Assembly (NCBI GenBank): GCA_020059915.1
Contig: JAGVBB010000002.1
Location: 1 to 60,128 of the forward strand
DNA: 60,128 bases
Direction of reading: 5' to 3'
Source: Minisyncoccota bacterium
GTDB taxonomy: Bacteria; Patescibacteriota; Minisyncoccia; UBA6257; GWB1-50-10
The stretch's first letter is position 1. Each line of letters begins with the position of its first letter. The notes beneath the pieces are model-generated. The model ran no database searches, was not told the origin of the DNA, and was given only the letters and a program-made list of their open reading frames with translations. Position numbers and translations under genes: made by a program. Of this stretch, positions 18,579-28,188 are shown piece after piece.

Positions 18579-18724
18579 TTGGGGTGTTGTTCCCACGTTG
18601 TTTGTTATATCTATACATTTGTATTGTTTTTATATTATTTTATTAACTTTCCACCACGCACCTAAGCAAGTCGCGCGTGCTTTTCAAATAGGCGCAAAAT
18701 CGATAGAATGGATGGGATACTACC

Positions 18725-20170
18725 ATGCTGGAAAAGATTAAATCCTTCCTGTTTGAAAACAAAACGGAAAAGCAAATAATTGCAAAAAATACCTTTTGGC
18801 TCACCTTCGGGATGATTGTGAGTCGTTCTTTGCGCGCCATCATGATCATGTATGCTGCGCGCGTCTTGGGAACCGAAGGATATGGGGCCTTTTCGTATGC
18901 CCTGAGCTTCGCCGGACTCTTTGGGGTATTTTCCGATATGGGACTTTCTGGAATTCTCACACGACAAATCGTGCAAGAGCCGGAACGGGAAAAAACATAT
19001 ATCTCAACAACATTCTTTCTTAAGCTCATAGCCCTCGTGGTAACGGTATCTATAACAATCTTTGTTGGCCCATACCTTACCAATGTTGCTGGAATCAAAG
19101 AACTTCTTTTTGCAATAAGCGTGCTTCTCGCATTTGATTCATTGCGCAATTTTGCATTCTCTATCGCGCGATCAAAAAATAAGATGCAGGTTGAATCAGG
19201 TGGAGGAATCATTACCGATGGACTTATCACACTTCTCGGCGTTGTTGCTCTTATCATTTTTCCATCAGCAAAATTCCTTGCCTATGGATATACAGCGGGG
19301 GTAATTATCGGAACCATTATTACATTCTTCATTCTCCGAAAAGACTTCATTGGTGTGTTTTCCCATTTCAATCCATCGATAGCGCGCACATTAATCGTCT
19401 CTTCTTGGCCATTTGCACTCATGGGGCTCTTTGGCGGTTTAATGATTAATATAGACACGTTGATCATCGGATGGTTCCGAACAGCTCATGATTTGGGATT
19501 GTATGGAGCAGCACAACGCCCCATTTTGCTTTTGTATGTTCTTCCTGGGTTGTTCTCGGTAAGCATGTTCCCCATTATCAGTAAATACTTTGCAGAAAAA
19601 AATATGGAGGCGATACGAATTCGTGTAGAAAAAGCAATTGCCATTACCATGCTCGGTGCATTGCCGTTCCTTGCGGGTGGCATTGTCGTCGGGGTTCCAC
19701 TCACCGTTTTTCTGTTTAGCGACGCATTCATCGGCGCGGCGCTCCCCCTCCAGATACTTCTCCTCACGCTCCCGTTAGTATTCGCTGGAACAATTATGGG
19801 AAATGCGATATTCGCCTGCCACAAACAAAAAGTGTTTATCGTTGCATATGGAAGTGGTGCAGTCGCAAACATCATCCTTGACCTTCTTCTTATTCCAAAA
19901 TATGGAGTGGTGGGATCGGCGTTCGCTACGCTTGTTTCGCAGGCATTTTCGAACGGATGGCTTTGGATATATACCAGAAAAATGATTCACTTTAAATTAT
20001 TTGCTCCAGCAAAAAAAATCGCCATAGCGTCTCTCGGTATGGCAATTGTGTGCTTGGTCTTTTCTCTATTTTCTCCACACGTACTCGTTACTATAATGGT
20101 TGGTGGAATAACGTACGTTTCACTTTTATTCATCTTAAAAGAACCACTCGTGGAGGGTCTACTCAACTAA
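18725..20170 (+). CDS. Wzx-type flippase
   Basis: QIIAKNTFWL, LGTEGYGAFSYA, SDMGL, HDLGLYGAA; many TMs. Confidence 0.92.
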   Translation: MLEKIKSFLFENKTEKQIIAKNTFWLTFGMIVSRSLRAIMIMYAARVLGTEGYGAFSYALSFAGLFGVFSDMGLSGILTRQIVQEPEREKTYISTTFFLKLIALVVTVSITIFVGPYLTNVAGIKELLFAISVLLAFDSLRNFAFSIARSKNKMQVESGGGIITDGLITLLGVVALIIFPSAKFLAYGYTAGVIIGTIITFFILRKDFIGVFSHFNPSIARTLIVSSWPFALMGLFGGLMINIDTLIIGWFRTAHDLGLYGAAQRPILLLYVLPGLFSVSMFPIISKYFAEKNMEAIRIRVEKAIAITMLGALPFLAGGIVVGVPLTVFLFSDAFIGAALPLQILLLTLPLVFAGTIMGNAIFACHKQKVFIVAYGSGAVANIILDLLLIPKYGVVGSAFATLVSQAFSNGWLWIYTRKMIHFKLFAPAKKIAIASLGMAIVCLVFSLFSPHVLVTIMVGGITYVSLLFILKEPLVEGLLN

Positions 20171-21376
20171 CTCTTTTATTTTATTCAGAACAACTTCTGG
20201 TTGTGTGTCTGTTTTAAATACAGAAATTTTTTCATTGAGGAGTGGCACCATACACCGCGCACTCATTGAACTCAACGGAGACGAAAATCCTTTCAAATAA
20301 TAGGCGGACGTATTTATTAGGCAAATAGTTTTCGTTTTAACAGCAAGAGCAAGATGTGTTGGAAACGAATCTATACATAGGAGCAACTTTGCCTTCTTAT
20401 ACAAACTTCCTAATTGTGGGAGTGTTGCATCGGTCACTATGAAAACCGATTCTTGCTCTATTCCATTCACAATCTCTTCTATATATGTTCTTTGTGAAGG
20501 GATCCCTGTGAACACAATAATGCCTCCCCCATTTCTATATTGAGCAACAACATCTCGCCAATATTCCTTTGGCCACTCACGATCTTTATCAAACGAAACA
20601 GGGGCACACACTATATATGGTTCGTTTTGTAGTTCTTCTAACTCTCCGCGATTAAAAATAGAATCATCAAAATTTTCAAAAACTGGCCCAAAGAAAAAAT
20701 CTTCTCTGCTTATTCCCAATGGAAGTAAAAGATTCATATAGTTTTCCCATTCCTCGTCCTTGAGATTATATTCCGCCCAATAATCAGCAAGAAAACTCTG
20801 TTCAGAGATATCAAAAGAAATAAGATGTTTTGGTTTTATGAGTTTCCACCATATATTTGAGCTGGGAACAAACGCGCGTCCATTAATCACATAATCATAA
20901 TTTTCTCCCTTGAGTTTCCCGATTACTTCTTGATTATTTTTTAGTGCTTGAGCTATTGAAGTTTTTGATCCTTCCTTTCTCCCCGCAATAAAATGAAGGG
21001 CGACTTCGTCCCAAAAATAAATATTCCGTATATATTGATTGTTTTTTAAAATCGCTGACGTTTTTGGATTTACTAAATAATCAATTTCGCATTCTGGATA
21101 CTTTTTTTTCAAAATAGGAAGCAAAAATGTGGAAAACAACACGTCTCCAAATTGATCAATGCGAACAATGAGAACTTTCTGTGGGTTAATAAATTTCTTT
21201 TTAAAACATCGCCCCCAAAAGAAAAGGATGTCCCCCACCAATTCCAATGGAATTTCAACAACAAGAAACACAATTTTTATCCATTTCACAATCGTCTTTT
21301 GAATTGAAAACTTCTTGCGCACTATATTTGATCGCAATGAAATAAACAAACTCTTATATTTTCTAATAAATTCCAT
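20159..21376 (-). CDS. GT9 (heptosyltransferase-like) glycosyltransferase
   Basis: KVLIVRIDQFGDVL, REWPKEYW, CIDSFPTHLALA. Confidence 0.88.
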   Translation of the reverse strand: MEFIRKYKSLFISLRSNIVRKKFSIQKTIVKWIKIVFLVVEIPLELVGDILFFWGRCFKKKFINPQKVLIVRIDQFGDVLFSTFLLPILKKKYPECEIDYLVNPKTSAILKNNQYIRNIYFWDEVALHFIAGRKEGSKTSIAQALKNNQEVIGKLKGENYDYVINGRAFVPSSNIWWKLIKPKHLISFDISEQSFLADYWAEYNLKDEEWENYMNLLLPLGISREDFFFGPVFENFDDSIFNRGELEELQNEPYIVCAPVSFDKDREWPKEYWRDVVAQYRNGGGIIVFTGIPSQRTYIEEIVNGIEQESVFIVTDATLPQLGSLYKKAKLLLCIDSFPTHLALAVKTKTICLINTSAYYLKGFSSPLSSMSARCMVPLLNEKISVFKTDTQPEVVLNKIKELVE

Positions 21377-21384
21377 ATTCTGTT

Positions 21385-22191
21385 TTAGTAAGGATTGTAA
21401 TTCACTAAAAAACCCAAAAGAATCTTAAAAAATTTTATTACGACCAATATCGGATGTTTAAAAACAAATTTTTTATTTCGAATAAGAAAATTCAGAAGTA
21501 TTTTTGTCTGTATTTTCTTTGCTCTTCGCACGTCTCCACTTTCATTCTGCGAGTGAGACCTCCAGACAGCAAGTGGCTCATCTAAGTAAGCAAATTTAGA
21601 ACCCCGCTCTAATAATCGGAACCATAAATCATAGTCATAAGCACTAGTATATTGCTCGTTTATACCCCCGATGGCTGATAGCACATTGCTCCTAATCATA
21701 ACGACTAATGGCGCGCAAATAAAATTTCTCTCGAAAAGCTTCTTAGCACACTCAGTATATCCCCCAGTACATACAAAGACCTTTCGAGATTGCATCCATG
21801 TTTCATACCTCAGTGTTCCAGCCTCATCTCCTAAAAAAGCATCTGAATAAACAAGATCAACGTCTTGATGTTCATCCAAAAATTTTGCTTGTTTTTCTAA
21901 TTTTTCTGGCAACCACCAGTCATCTTGATCACAAAATGCTATATATTCTCCCCCTGCTTGCTTGATTCCAAAATTTACTGCCGCAGCCTGTTTTTCATTT
22001 TTCGTCGAAAAAATAGTGACATTGGAAAATTCTTTTGAGGCGTCTTTAAGCATCAAAAGCTCTTCCTCTTCAGATCCATCGTCTATGATAATATATTCAA
22101 AATCAGTGACAGATTGAGATTGTACTCCTTGGATACACTTTTTGATAAATTTTGATCCATTATAAAATGGAGTAATTACTGAAATTTTCAT
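21385..22191 (-). CDS. GT2 glycosyltransferase
   Basis: ISVITPFYN, IIDDGS, FCDQDDWW. Confidence 0.92.
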   Translation of the reverse strand: MKISVITPFYNGSKFIKKCIQGVQSQSVTDFEYIIIDDGSEEEELLMLKDASKEFSNVTIFSTKNEKQAAAVNFGIKQAGGEYIAFCDQDDWWLPEKLEKQAKFLDEHQDVDLVYSDAFLGDEAGTLRYETWMQSRKVFVCTGGYTECAKKLFERNFICAPLVVMIRSNVLSAIGGINEQYTSAYDYDLWFRLLERGSKFAYLDEPLAVWRSHSQNESGDVRRAKKIQTKILLNFLIRNKKFVFKHPILVVIKFFKILLGFLVNYNPY

Positions 22192-22193
22192 AA

Positions 22194-23096
22194 TTATTTT
22201 CTTTCAAAAATTCCCATTTTTCCAGCAAAAAAATCATAAAATCCCCAAAAAACATACCTCAACCTAATCCACTCTCTCCGTAATATTTTGGGAAGAACTT
22301 TATTAAATAAAGATGTTAATAACTCATAGGGCAACCAAAGAGGATAGAATTTCTTTATGAAATAAAGAAAATTTCTTGAATCATAATAATCTGGCATAAT
22401 TGATTTTCTCCCTCCAGAAGACGCGCTTCTTTTATGCCAAACGTGAGCGGGTCCAATATAAAGATACCCCCATTTTTCTCCTTTTATTTTCATGTGCCAA
22501 TCCACGTCTTCATTGTACATGAAATATTCTTCGGGAATTGTGTTAATTTTTTCAACAGCATCTCTCTCGAGAAAAATTGCGGCACCACCAATAAAATTTT
22601 TTTTATTATTCTCTAATCTAATTATTTTTGATCTATCTAAATTTTTTTTGACTTCATATTTGCCAAGAAACAAATTTAATTTATAGTATTGTTCCATAAC
22701 TTCTTCTGTTCCTTCAAAAAAAATAGTTGGTCCTGCTATTTTAGAATCGGTATTACTCGCCAAACCATCAACTAAAAATTTAAGTGCGTTTTTATCAACA
22801 ACAATATCATTATTTAATACCCAAAGATATTTGAATTTATTTTCAGAGAGAAACATCCTAATTCCTGGATTAACCCCTCCTGCATATCCAAAATTTTTTT
22901 GATTAGATAAAAAAGTAACTTTTTTGTTATATTCAAATTCCTTCTTAAGCTTCACCAAAGAATCGTCAGATGAGCCATTATCAATTAGCAAGATAATAAA
23001 ATCATCAAAAGTTGACCCCAATACAGAATCAATGCACTTTTTTGTGTCATTAAAATTATTCCAATTTAAAACCACAATAAAAACGGAGGTTGTCAT
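22194..23096 (-). CDS. GT2 glycosyltransferase
   Basis: VVLNWN, IDNGSSD, NFGYAGG, LNND, YNEDVDW. Confidence 0.92.
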   Translation of the reverse strand: MTTSVFIVVLNWNNFNDTKKCIDSVLGSTFDDFIILLIDNGSSDDSLVKLKKEFEYNKKVTFLSNQKNFGYAGGVNPGIRMFLSENKFKYLWVLNNDIVVDKNALKFLVDGLASNTDSKIAGPTIFFEGTEEVMEQYYKLNLFLGKYEVKKNLDRSKIIRLENNKKNFIGGAAIFLERDAVEKINTIPEEYFMYNEDVDWHMKIKGEKWGYLYIGPAHVWHKRSASSGGRKSIMPDYYDSRNFLYFIKKFYPLWLPYELLTSLFNKVLPKILRREWIRLRYVFWGFYDFFAGKMGIFERK

Positions 23097-24040
23097 ATTT
23101 TATCTGTACATTTTGGCCACATAACCAATGAAAGATAACCAATCGTAAAAAATCTTTTTGCTCTTTTCAGATAGGCATTATTAAATAAACTTAAAAGCAT
23201 CCATTGAATTCCACGAAGCACAAGACCAAAAAACATGAGGAATTTAACTATAAATACTAAATAGATTGGATAATATTTTTTTAAAAAAAGAATAGTACTC
23301 TCAACCCAATATTTATCGTAGCCAACACCGTCATTATTCTCATGGCTCACGAAGCTTAAATGAACAAGCTCTGATTCAGCACAATACCATGTTTCCCATC
23401 CGTTTTTCTTCGCCCTCATCGACAAATCAACATCTTCAGCGCCAAGAAAAAAACATTCATCCATTCTCCCAATTTTTCTAAATACATCCGCCTTTATAAA
23501 AAGCGCAACCGCATTGAGCCAATCAACTTTATGTGAAATATTACCCCTATCAGGCAAACCGAAAACTCTTTTAAAAAAAGAGACAACTTTTTGTGAAGAA
23601 TAAAATCCCAAAGCTAAAGACAAAAAAACACTACGATATGATCTCTGGTACTTTCCATTTTCGAATAACAACCTAGGACCACAAATCCCTATCTCTTTCT
23701 TGCTATCCATTAGAAAAACGAGTTTCTCTATAAAATTTTCGCTTGTTACAATAACATCGTTATTAAGTAAAAAAATATACTCCGCTCCATTGTTCAAGGA
23801 ATATTCTATTCCTGGATTCATTCCAGCACCATATCCATTATTTTTTTTATTAAAAAAGAAAAGGAATTCAGGAAATTCTTGCTTTAACCTTTTCGCTGAC
23901 TCATTTGTTGATGCATTATCTAAAACAATAACCTCATAATCTGGGTATTTTATTTTTTTTAGAGAACTAAGACATTTTTTTGTAATATCATAATTCTGCC
24001 AATGTAAAATTAAGATAAAAACCTTAGGACGTTTTTGCAT
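23093..24040 (-). CDS. GT2 glycosyltransferase (ATG at 24040)
   Basis: LILHWQ, LDNAS, LLNND, GAEDVDL. Confidence 0.9.
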   Translation of the reverse strand: MQKRPKVFILILHWQNYDITKKCLSSLKKIKYPDYEVIVLDNASTNESAKRLKQEFPEFLFFFNKKNNGYGAGMNPGIEYSLNNGAEYIFLLNNDVIVTSENFIEKLVFLMDSKKEIGICGPRLLFENGKYQRSYRSVFLSLALGFYSSQKVVSFFKRVFGLPDRGNISHKVDWLNAVALFIKADVFRKIGRMDECFFLGAEDVDLSMRAKKNGWETWYCAESELVHLSFVSHENNDGVGYDKYWVESTILFLKKYYPIYLVFIVKFLMFFGLVLRGIQWMLLSLFNNAYLKRAKRFFTIGYLSLVMWPKCTDKI

Positions 24041-24968
24041 ATTTCTTTTTAAAAACGGAAAATAGTCCACCACCGAAAAATAATTCGACTGGAGTGTAAA
24101 AAAATGGAAATGAATCAAAAATTAAAACAAAAAAAGAAATGATTTTGTTATATTTTTCTGAATCAAGTTTTCTCTTTATTAAAATACTTTTTAAAAAAGA
24201 TCCAAAAAGAACCTCATTTTCAATTTTTTCCTGAAAAAACCCAGCCCGCTCTAGCATTTTATTCAATGTTTTTTTATTAAAATGAAAAAGATGCCTTGGA
24301 AGATCTAAGTGATACCAGTTTTCCTCAAAAACTTTTTCACCAAGAGAATCAAAATTTGGAACAGCAATAATTAAAACTCCATCATCTTTTAAAATTCTAA
24401 AACACTCAACCAACACTGCGCTCGGACTTGGAACATGTTCCAATACTTGATTTAAAAGAATCAAATCAAAAAATTTTTCACCAAAACCAGATTCTTCTAA
24501 AACTCCACATTTTACATTAAAATCTTCTATTTTATTTGCTTCTTCATATGCAAACCTATCAGGTTCCACTCCATAAAATTTCCATCCAGGAAATTGTTTT
24601 ATCAAAAACTTTTCTAAGACACCAGTCGCACAACCAATATTTAAATAATTTCCCTGACTTTTTCCGAAAAATTGTTTTCTTTTTCTGAAAAATTTTCCAG
24701 TTGGTTTCTCTGTTAAAAAAAATGTTTTTATTTTTTTTAACAGAAATAAAATATTATTTAATCTCTTGGATTGCGAAAAATATTGCTCGCCATAATAAGT
24801 TGAGATATCTTCCGGTATGGCAAGTTGATCTGTGTAAACAAGGCCGCAATTTTTACATCTGACAACGAGAAATTCATCAGAGCCATCCCTTTTTATGCGG
24901 ACATCTTTTTGCGTGAAAACTTTCTCAAAACCAACGGTACCACAAATATCGCAAGGAATTTTTTTCAT
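24024..24968 (-). CDS. Class I SAM-dependent methyltransferase with N-terminal Zn site
   Basis: CDIC..CKNC, LNIGCATG, QVLEHVP, PRHLFHF. Confidence 0.88.
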   Translation of the reverse strand: MKKIPCDICGTVGFEKVFTQKDVRIKRDGSDEFLVVRCKNCGLVYTDQLAIPEDISTYYGEQYFSQSKRLNNILFLLKKIKTFFLTEKPTGKFFRKRKQFFGKSQGNYLNIGCATGVLEKFLIKQFPGWKFYGVEPDRFAYEEANKIEDFNVKCGVLEESGFGEKFFDLILLNQVLEHVPSPSAVLVECFRILKDDGVLIIAVPNFDSLGEKVFEENWYHLDLPRHLFHFNKKTLNKMLERAGFFQEKIENEVLFGSFLKSILIKRKLDSEKYNKIISFFVLIFDSFPFFYTPVELFFGGGLFSVFKKKYAKTS

Positions 24969-24970
24969 GA

Positions 24971-26203
24971 TTAAACAATCCACATCTCAGGAACTGGGAT
25001 GATAAACTTACCGCCATTCTTTCTGAATTCATCCTCGTTTTTCATAATAGCGTCGGCATAATTCCAAGCCAAGAGAAGAAAATAGTCCGGAACTTCTTTT
25101 TTTGCTTTCTCTGGTGAGAACACGGGGATACGAACGCCAGGAGTAAACTTTCCCTGCTTCATTGGGGTTGTGTCTGTCGCATAATCTATAACTTCTGGAG
25201 TCAATTCAAAATAATTTAAAAGAGTGTTTCCTTTTGCCGGTGCTCCATATGCAACAATTGATTTTCCTTCTTTTTTTAGGTTATAGAGTTTGTCTCGTAA
25301 AATTTTCTTATTTTTCTCAACCTTCTCTCCAAAATTCAAAAACGCTTCCTTTTTATCTAGTTGTATTTCTTTTTCTTTCTTCAATAAATCAAGTACCGAA
25401 TTTTCAACGGTTCTATTTTTAGAAATAAAAACTCGCATTGATTGCCCATGAAATGGGATTAATTCAACTCTAAATATGTCCATTCCAAGAGAATTAACAA
25501 GATTTTTTAATGCAGTTAATGACCAATAACACAAATGTTCGTGATAAATTTGGTCAAACCCCCCATCACCTATTAAATTCCCAACCCAATGTACCTCAAC
25601 CACAAGGATCCCATCTTCCCCTATAAGCACACCCGCTCCAGCAAACGCATCCCGTATGTCTGCAATATGCGCAAATACGTTATTAGCAGTAACTACTTTT
25701 GCACTTCCATACTTCTCTATGACCTTTTTTGCGGTCTCAGTGCCAAAAAAATCACTCAAAGTTTCCACCCCTCTTTCTCTCGAAAGCGGTGCAATATTTT
25801 CTGCTGGATCAATATTGAGAACGCGACAATTATCTTTTATCGCCGCCAAAAGCGTTCCATCGTTCCCCCCGACATCAACAAATAAATCATTTTTTGATTT
25901 TATAAACTCATTAGTCAAGGTTCGTGCCATACCCTCAAAATGCGGAATAAGTGGGGCACTTGCTGACGTTATATAATCATATTCCTTAAACAAAATGCTT
26001 GGGTTGACCAAATCCATTATTTGCAACAATGCACAGTCATTACAAAAAGCAACCGTAAGAGGAAATTTCTTTTCTTCACTCTTCAACTCCTCTTCATTAA
26101 GAAAGGCATTTGCCAGGGGCATCATCCCAAGGTCAAGAATTTGTATTAAGTTCTTACCGCCGCAACTTGAACAGGAATTTTTTTTAATAAAATTTTTTTC
26201 CAT
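24971..26203 (-). CDS. NDP-sugar C-methyltransferase
   Basis: CSSC..CNDC, DVGGNDG, NNVFAH, YHEHL, YGAPAKG, LLAWNY. Confidence 0.93.
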   Translation of the reverse strand: MEKNFIKKNSCSSCGGKNLIQILDLGMMPLANAFLNEEELKSEEKKFPLTVAFCNDCALLQIMDLVNPSILFKEYDYITSASAPLIPHFEGMARTLTNEFIKSKNDLFVDVGGNDGTLLAAIKDNCRVLNIDPAENIAPLSRERGVETLSDFFGTETAKKVIEKYGSAKVVTANNVFAHIADIRDAFAGAGVLIGEDGILVVEVHWVGNLIGDGGFDQIYHEHLCYWSLTALKNLVNSLGMDIFRVELIPFHGQSMRVFISKNRTVENSVLDLLKKEKEIQLDKKEAFLNFGEKVEKNKKILRDKLYNLKKEGKSIVAYGAPAKGNTLLNYFELTPEVIDYATDTTPMKQGKFTPGVRIPVFSPEKAKKEVPDYFLLLAWNYADAIMKNEDEFRKNGGKFIIPVPEMWIV

Positions 26204-26207
26204 TTTT

Positions 26208-27038
26208 TTATTTCCATTCTGATTCTAAATATTCCCTGAGCGCCTCTTGCCACGATCTCATAATATTCAAACTGGAATCCAAGCGATCATTTCCATTTCT
26301 ACTTGCATCCAAATTAAAAAAAGAAGAATTCACAGGGTTTACATCTATATTCAAGTTTAGAATATTAACAATCTCTTTTGCAACATCGTATCTAGAGCTT
26401 GATCCAGAATTTGGGAGATGAAAAATACCTCTTTTATCTTCATTAATTAAAACTTTTATTGCCTCAACAAGATCTTTTGCATAGGTTAGTGCCCCAAATT
26501 GATCATTAACAACATTTATTTTTTTTGTTCCATCTTTCTTTAATTGATTAATTATTTTTGAAACGAACTTCTGGTCCTTACTTGGTCCCCCACCCATCAT
26601 CCATGACACCCTTAAAATAAGATAATTATCCAAGAACTCTTTTATTACAAACTCGCCCAAAAGTTTCGAGTGCCCATAGAAATTTGTTGGATGGGGTTTG
26701 TCTATTTCAGAATATGGACCATTTTTTAGACCATCAAAAACCGCATTAGTAGATATATATACAACTTTTATACCAAGTTCAGCGGCAACAAGGGCAATAT
26801 TATAGGTTCCAATAGAATTTATAAAATAAGCATATTCGGGATCTCGCTCACATCGATCAACGTCTGTCTCCGCTGCAAAATGTAAAACAATTGCTGGTTT
26901 ATGGTTTTGAAAAACACCTCTAACCTCTTTTAGATCGGTGATATCTAAAGATCTCCTATTTGTTTTTATGCCAAAATTAACATAACTCCCCAACATACCA
27001 TCTCCGCCAGTAGTCAATACTTTAGATAAATCGTTCAT
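26208..27038 (-). CDS. rmlD: dTDP-4-dehydrorhamnose reductase family
   Basis: TGGDGMLG, AAETDVD, YISTNAVFDG, YGHSK. Confidence 0.88.
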   Translation of the reverse strand: MNDLSKVLTTGGDGMLGSYVNFGIKTNRRSLDITDLKEVRGVFQNHKPAIVLHFAAETDVDRCERDPEYAYFINSIGTYNIALVAAELGIKVVYISTNAVFDGLKNGPYSEIDKPHPTNFYGHSKLLGEFVIKEFLDNYLILRVSWMMGGGPSKDQKFVSKIINQLKKDGTKKINVVNDQFGALTYAKDLVEAIKVLINEDKRGIFHLPNSGSSSRYDVAKEIVNILNLNIDVNPVNSSFFNLDASRNGNDRLDSSLNIMRSWQEALREYLESEWK

Positions 27039-27041
27039 ACT

Positions 27042-27584
27042 TTAAATAATATCTTTAAATAATGGAGCGTTCTGATCTTTTTCAGAGATAATCAATTCGC
27101 CTTTTATCGGCCATTGAATATTAATATCTGGATCGTTCCACCTTATTGCACCATCATATCCCGAATAAAAAACTTCATCAACTTTGTATGAAACTCCCGC
27201 ATGATCGCCTGTTACATAAAATCCGTGTGCAAATCCCTTAGGGATATATAGTATTTTTTTATTTTCTTTCGATAAAACAAACCCCTCCCACTCACGAAAC
27301 GTTGGGGATTCTGGACGAATATCAATAATTACATCAAAAATTTCTCCTAAAACGCATTGAACAAGTTTGCTCGTTTCGTGTGGTTTTTTTTGAAAGTGCA
27401 TTCCCCTCACAACACCTTTTAGAGAAAACGAAAAGTTGTCTTGAATAAAAATATCCGTAATTCCGTTCTTTTTGAAATCATTTATATTGTACGACTCAGT
27501 AAAATATCCTCGTGCATCAGGAAATGACTTAGGTTCTATAATAAAAGCGTCAATAAATTTTGTTTTAATAAATTTTGGATCCAT
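27042..27584 (-). CDS. rmlC: dTDP-4-dehydrorhamnose 3,5-epimerase
   Basis: DARGYFTE, RGMHFQ, PKGFAHGF, WNDPDINIQWP. Confidence 0.95.
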   Translation of the reverse strand: MDPKFIKTKFIDAFIIEPKSFPDARGYFTESYNINDFKKNGITDIFIQDNFSFSLKGVVRGMHFQKKPHETSKLVQCVLGEIFDVIIDIRPESPTFREWEGFVLSKENKKILYIPKGFAHGFYVTGDHAGVSYKVDEVFYSGYDGAIRWNDPDINIQWPIKGELIISEKDQNAPLFKDII

Positions 27585-27635
27585 AAATCTATTTTTAATA
27601 TACTACAGATTATTTCTTTTATAAACACTCTAAGG

Positions 27636-28187
27636 TCAACTCCCCCACAACTCTTTTATATGTTCCTGTATCTTATCTGCCTTTTCTTGATCTCCCGTTG
27701 CCTGATAAAGCTCCAAAAGGCCAATTAAAAACTGTGGTCGGTCGGGGTTGATATTGTATCCACGAACAAAATATGTAACCGCCTTATCATAGTCCTCCAC
27801 GCTGTTATATTGGTTCCACATATTTGTGTGTATGGTCCCCAACATCATTACTAATTGTGTGTAATTCATTCCAACGCCACTTTCAATTTTTGGATCTGCA
27901 TATTGATGAAGAAAATCAACAAGCGTCTGAGCAACTATCTCATCATTTTTTCCCCCCGCAATCACATTTGAAATATCATTTGAAACAAAACGGATCATTT
28001 CGTCTTGCCCAATAGGAGATGGATAGTCCAGTGCATATTTAAATAGATTTACAAATTCCTGAACCGTTGCAGATTCTGCTTTTACTGCATCCACATATGC
28101 ACTCGCTTTCTTATACGGCTTTAATGCTCCATATATGATGGAAAGTATCGCCAATATCACACACAATAATGCAAAAAATTGTTTCAT
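27636..28187 (-). CDS. TM plus TPR-like protein; possibly the split C-terminus of the ligase
   Basis: N-terminal TM; YDKAVTYFVRGYNINPDRPQ..LYQATGDQEKA; starts 1 nt after the ligase stop. Confidence 0.7.
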   Translation of the reverse strand: MKQFFALLCVILAILSIIYGALKPYKKASAYVDAVKAESATVQEFVNLFKYALDYPSPIGQDEMIRFVSNDISNVIAGGKNDEIVAQTLVDFLHQYADPKIESGVGMNYTQLVMMLGTIHTNMWNQYNSVEDYDKAVTYFVRGYNINPDRPQFLIGLLELYQATGDQEKADKIQEHIKELWGS

Positions 28188-28188
28188 A

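Noticed and set aside
18643-19257. Long antisense ORFs (this one, 1507-2163, 2983-3591 and others)
   Set aside because: They are shadows of well-supported genes on the opposite strand.
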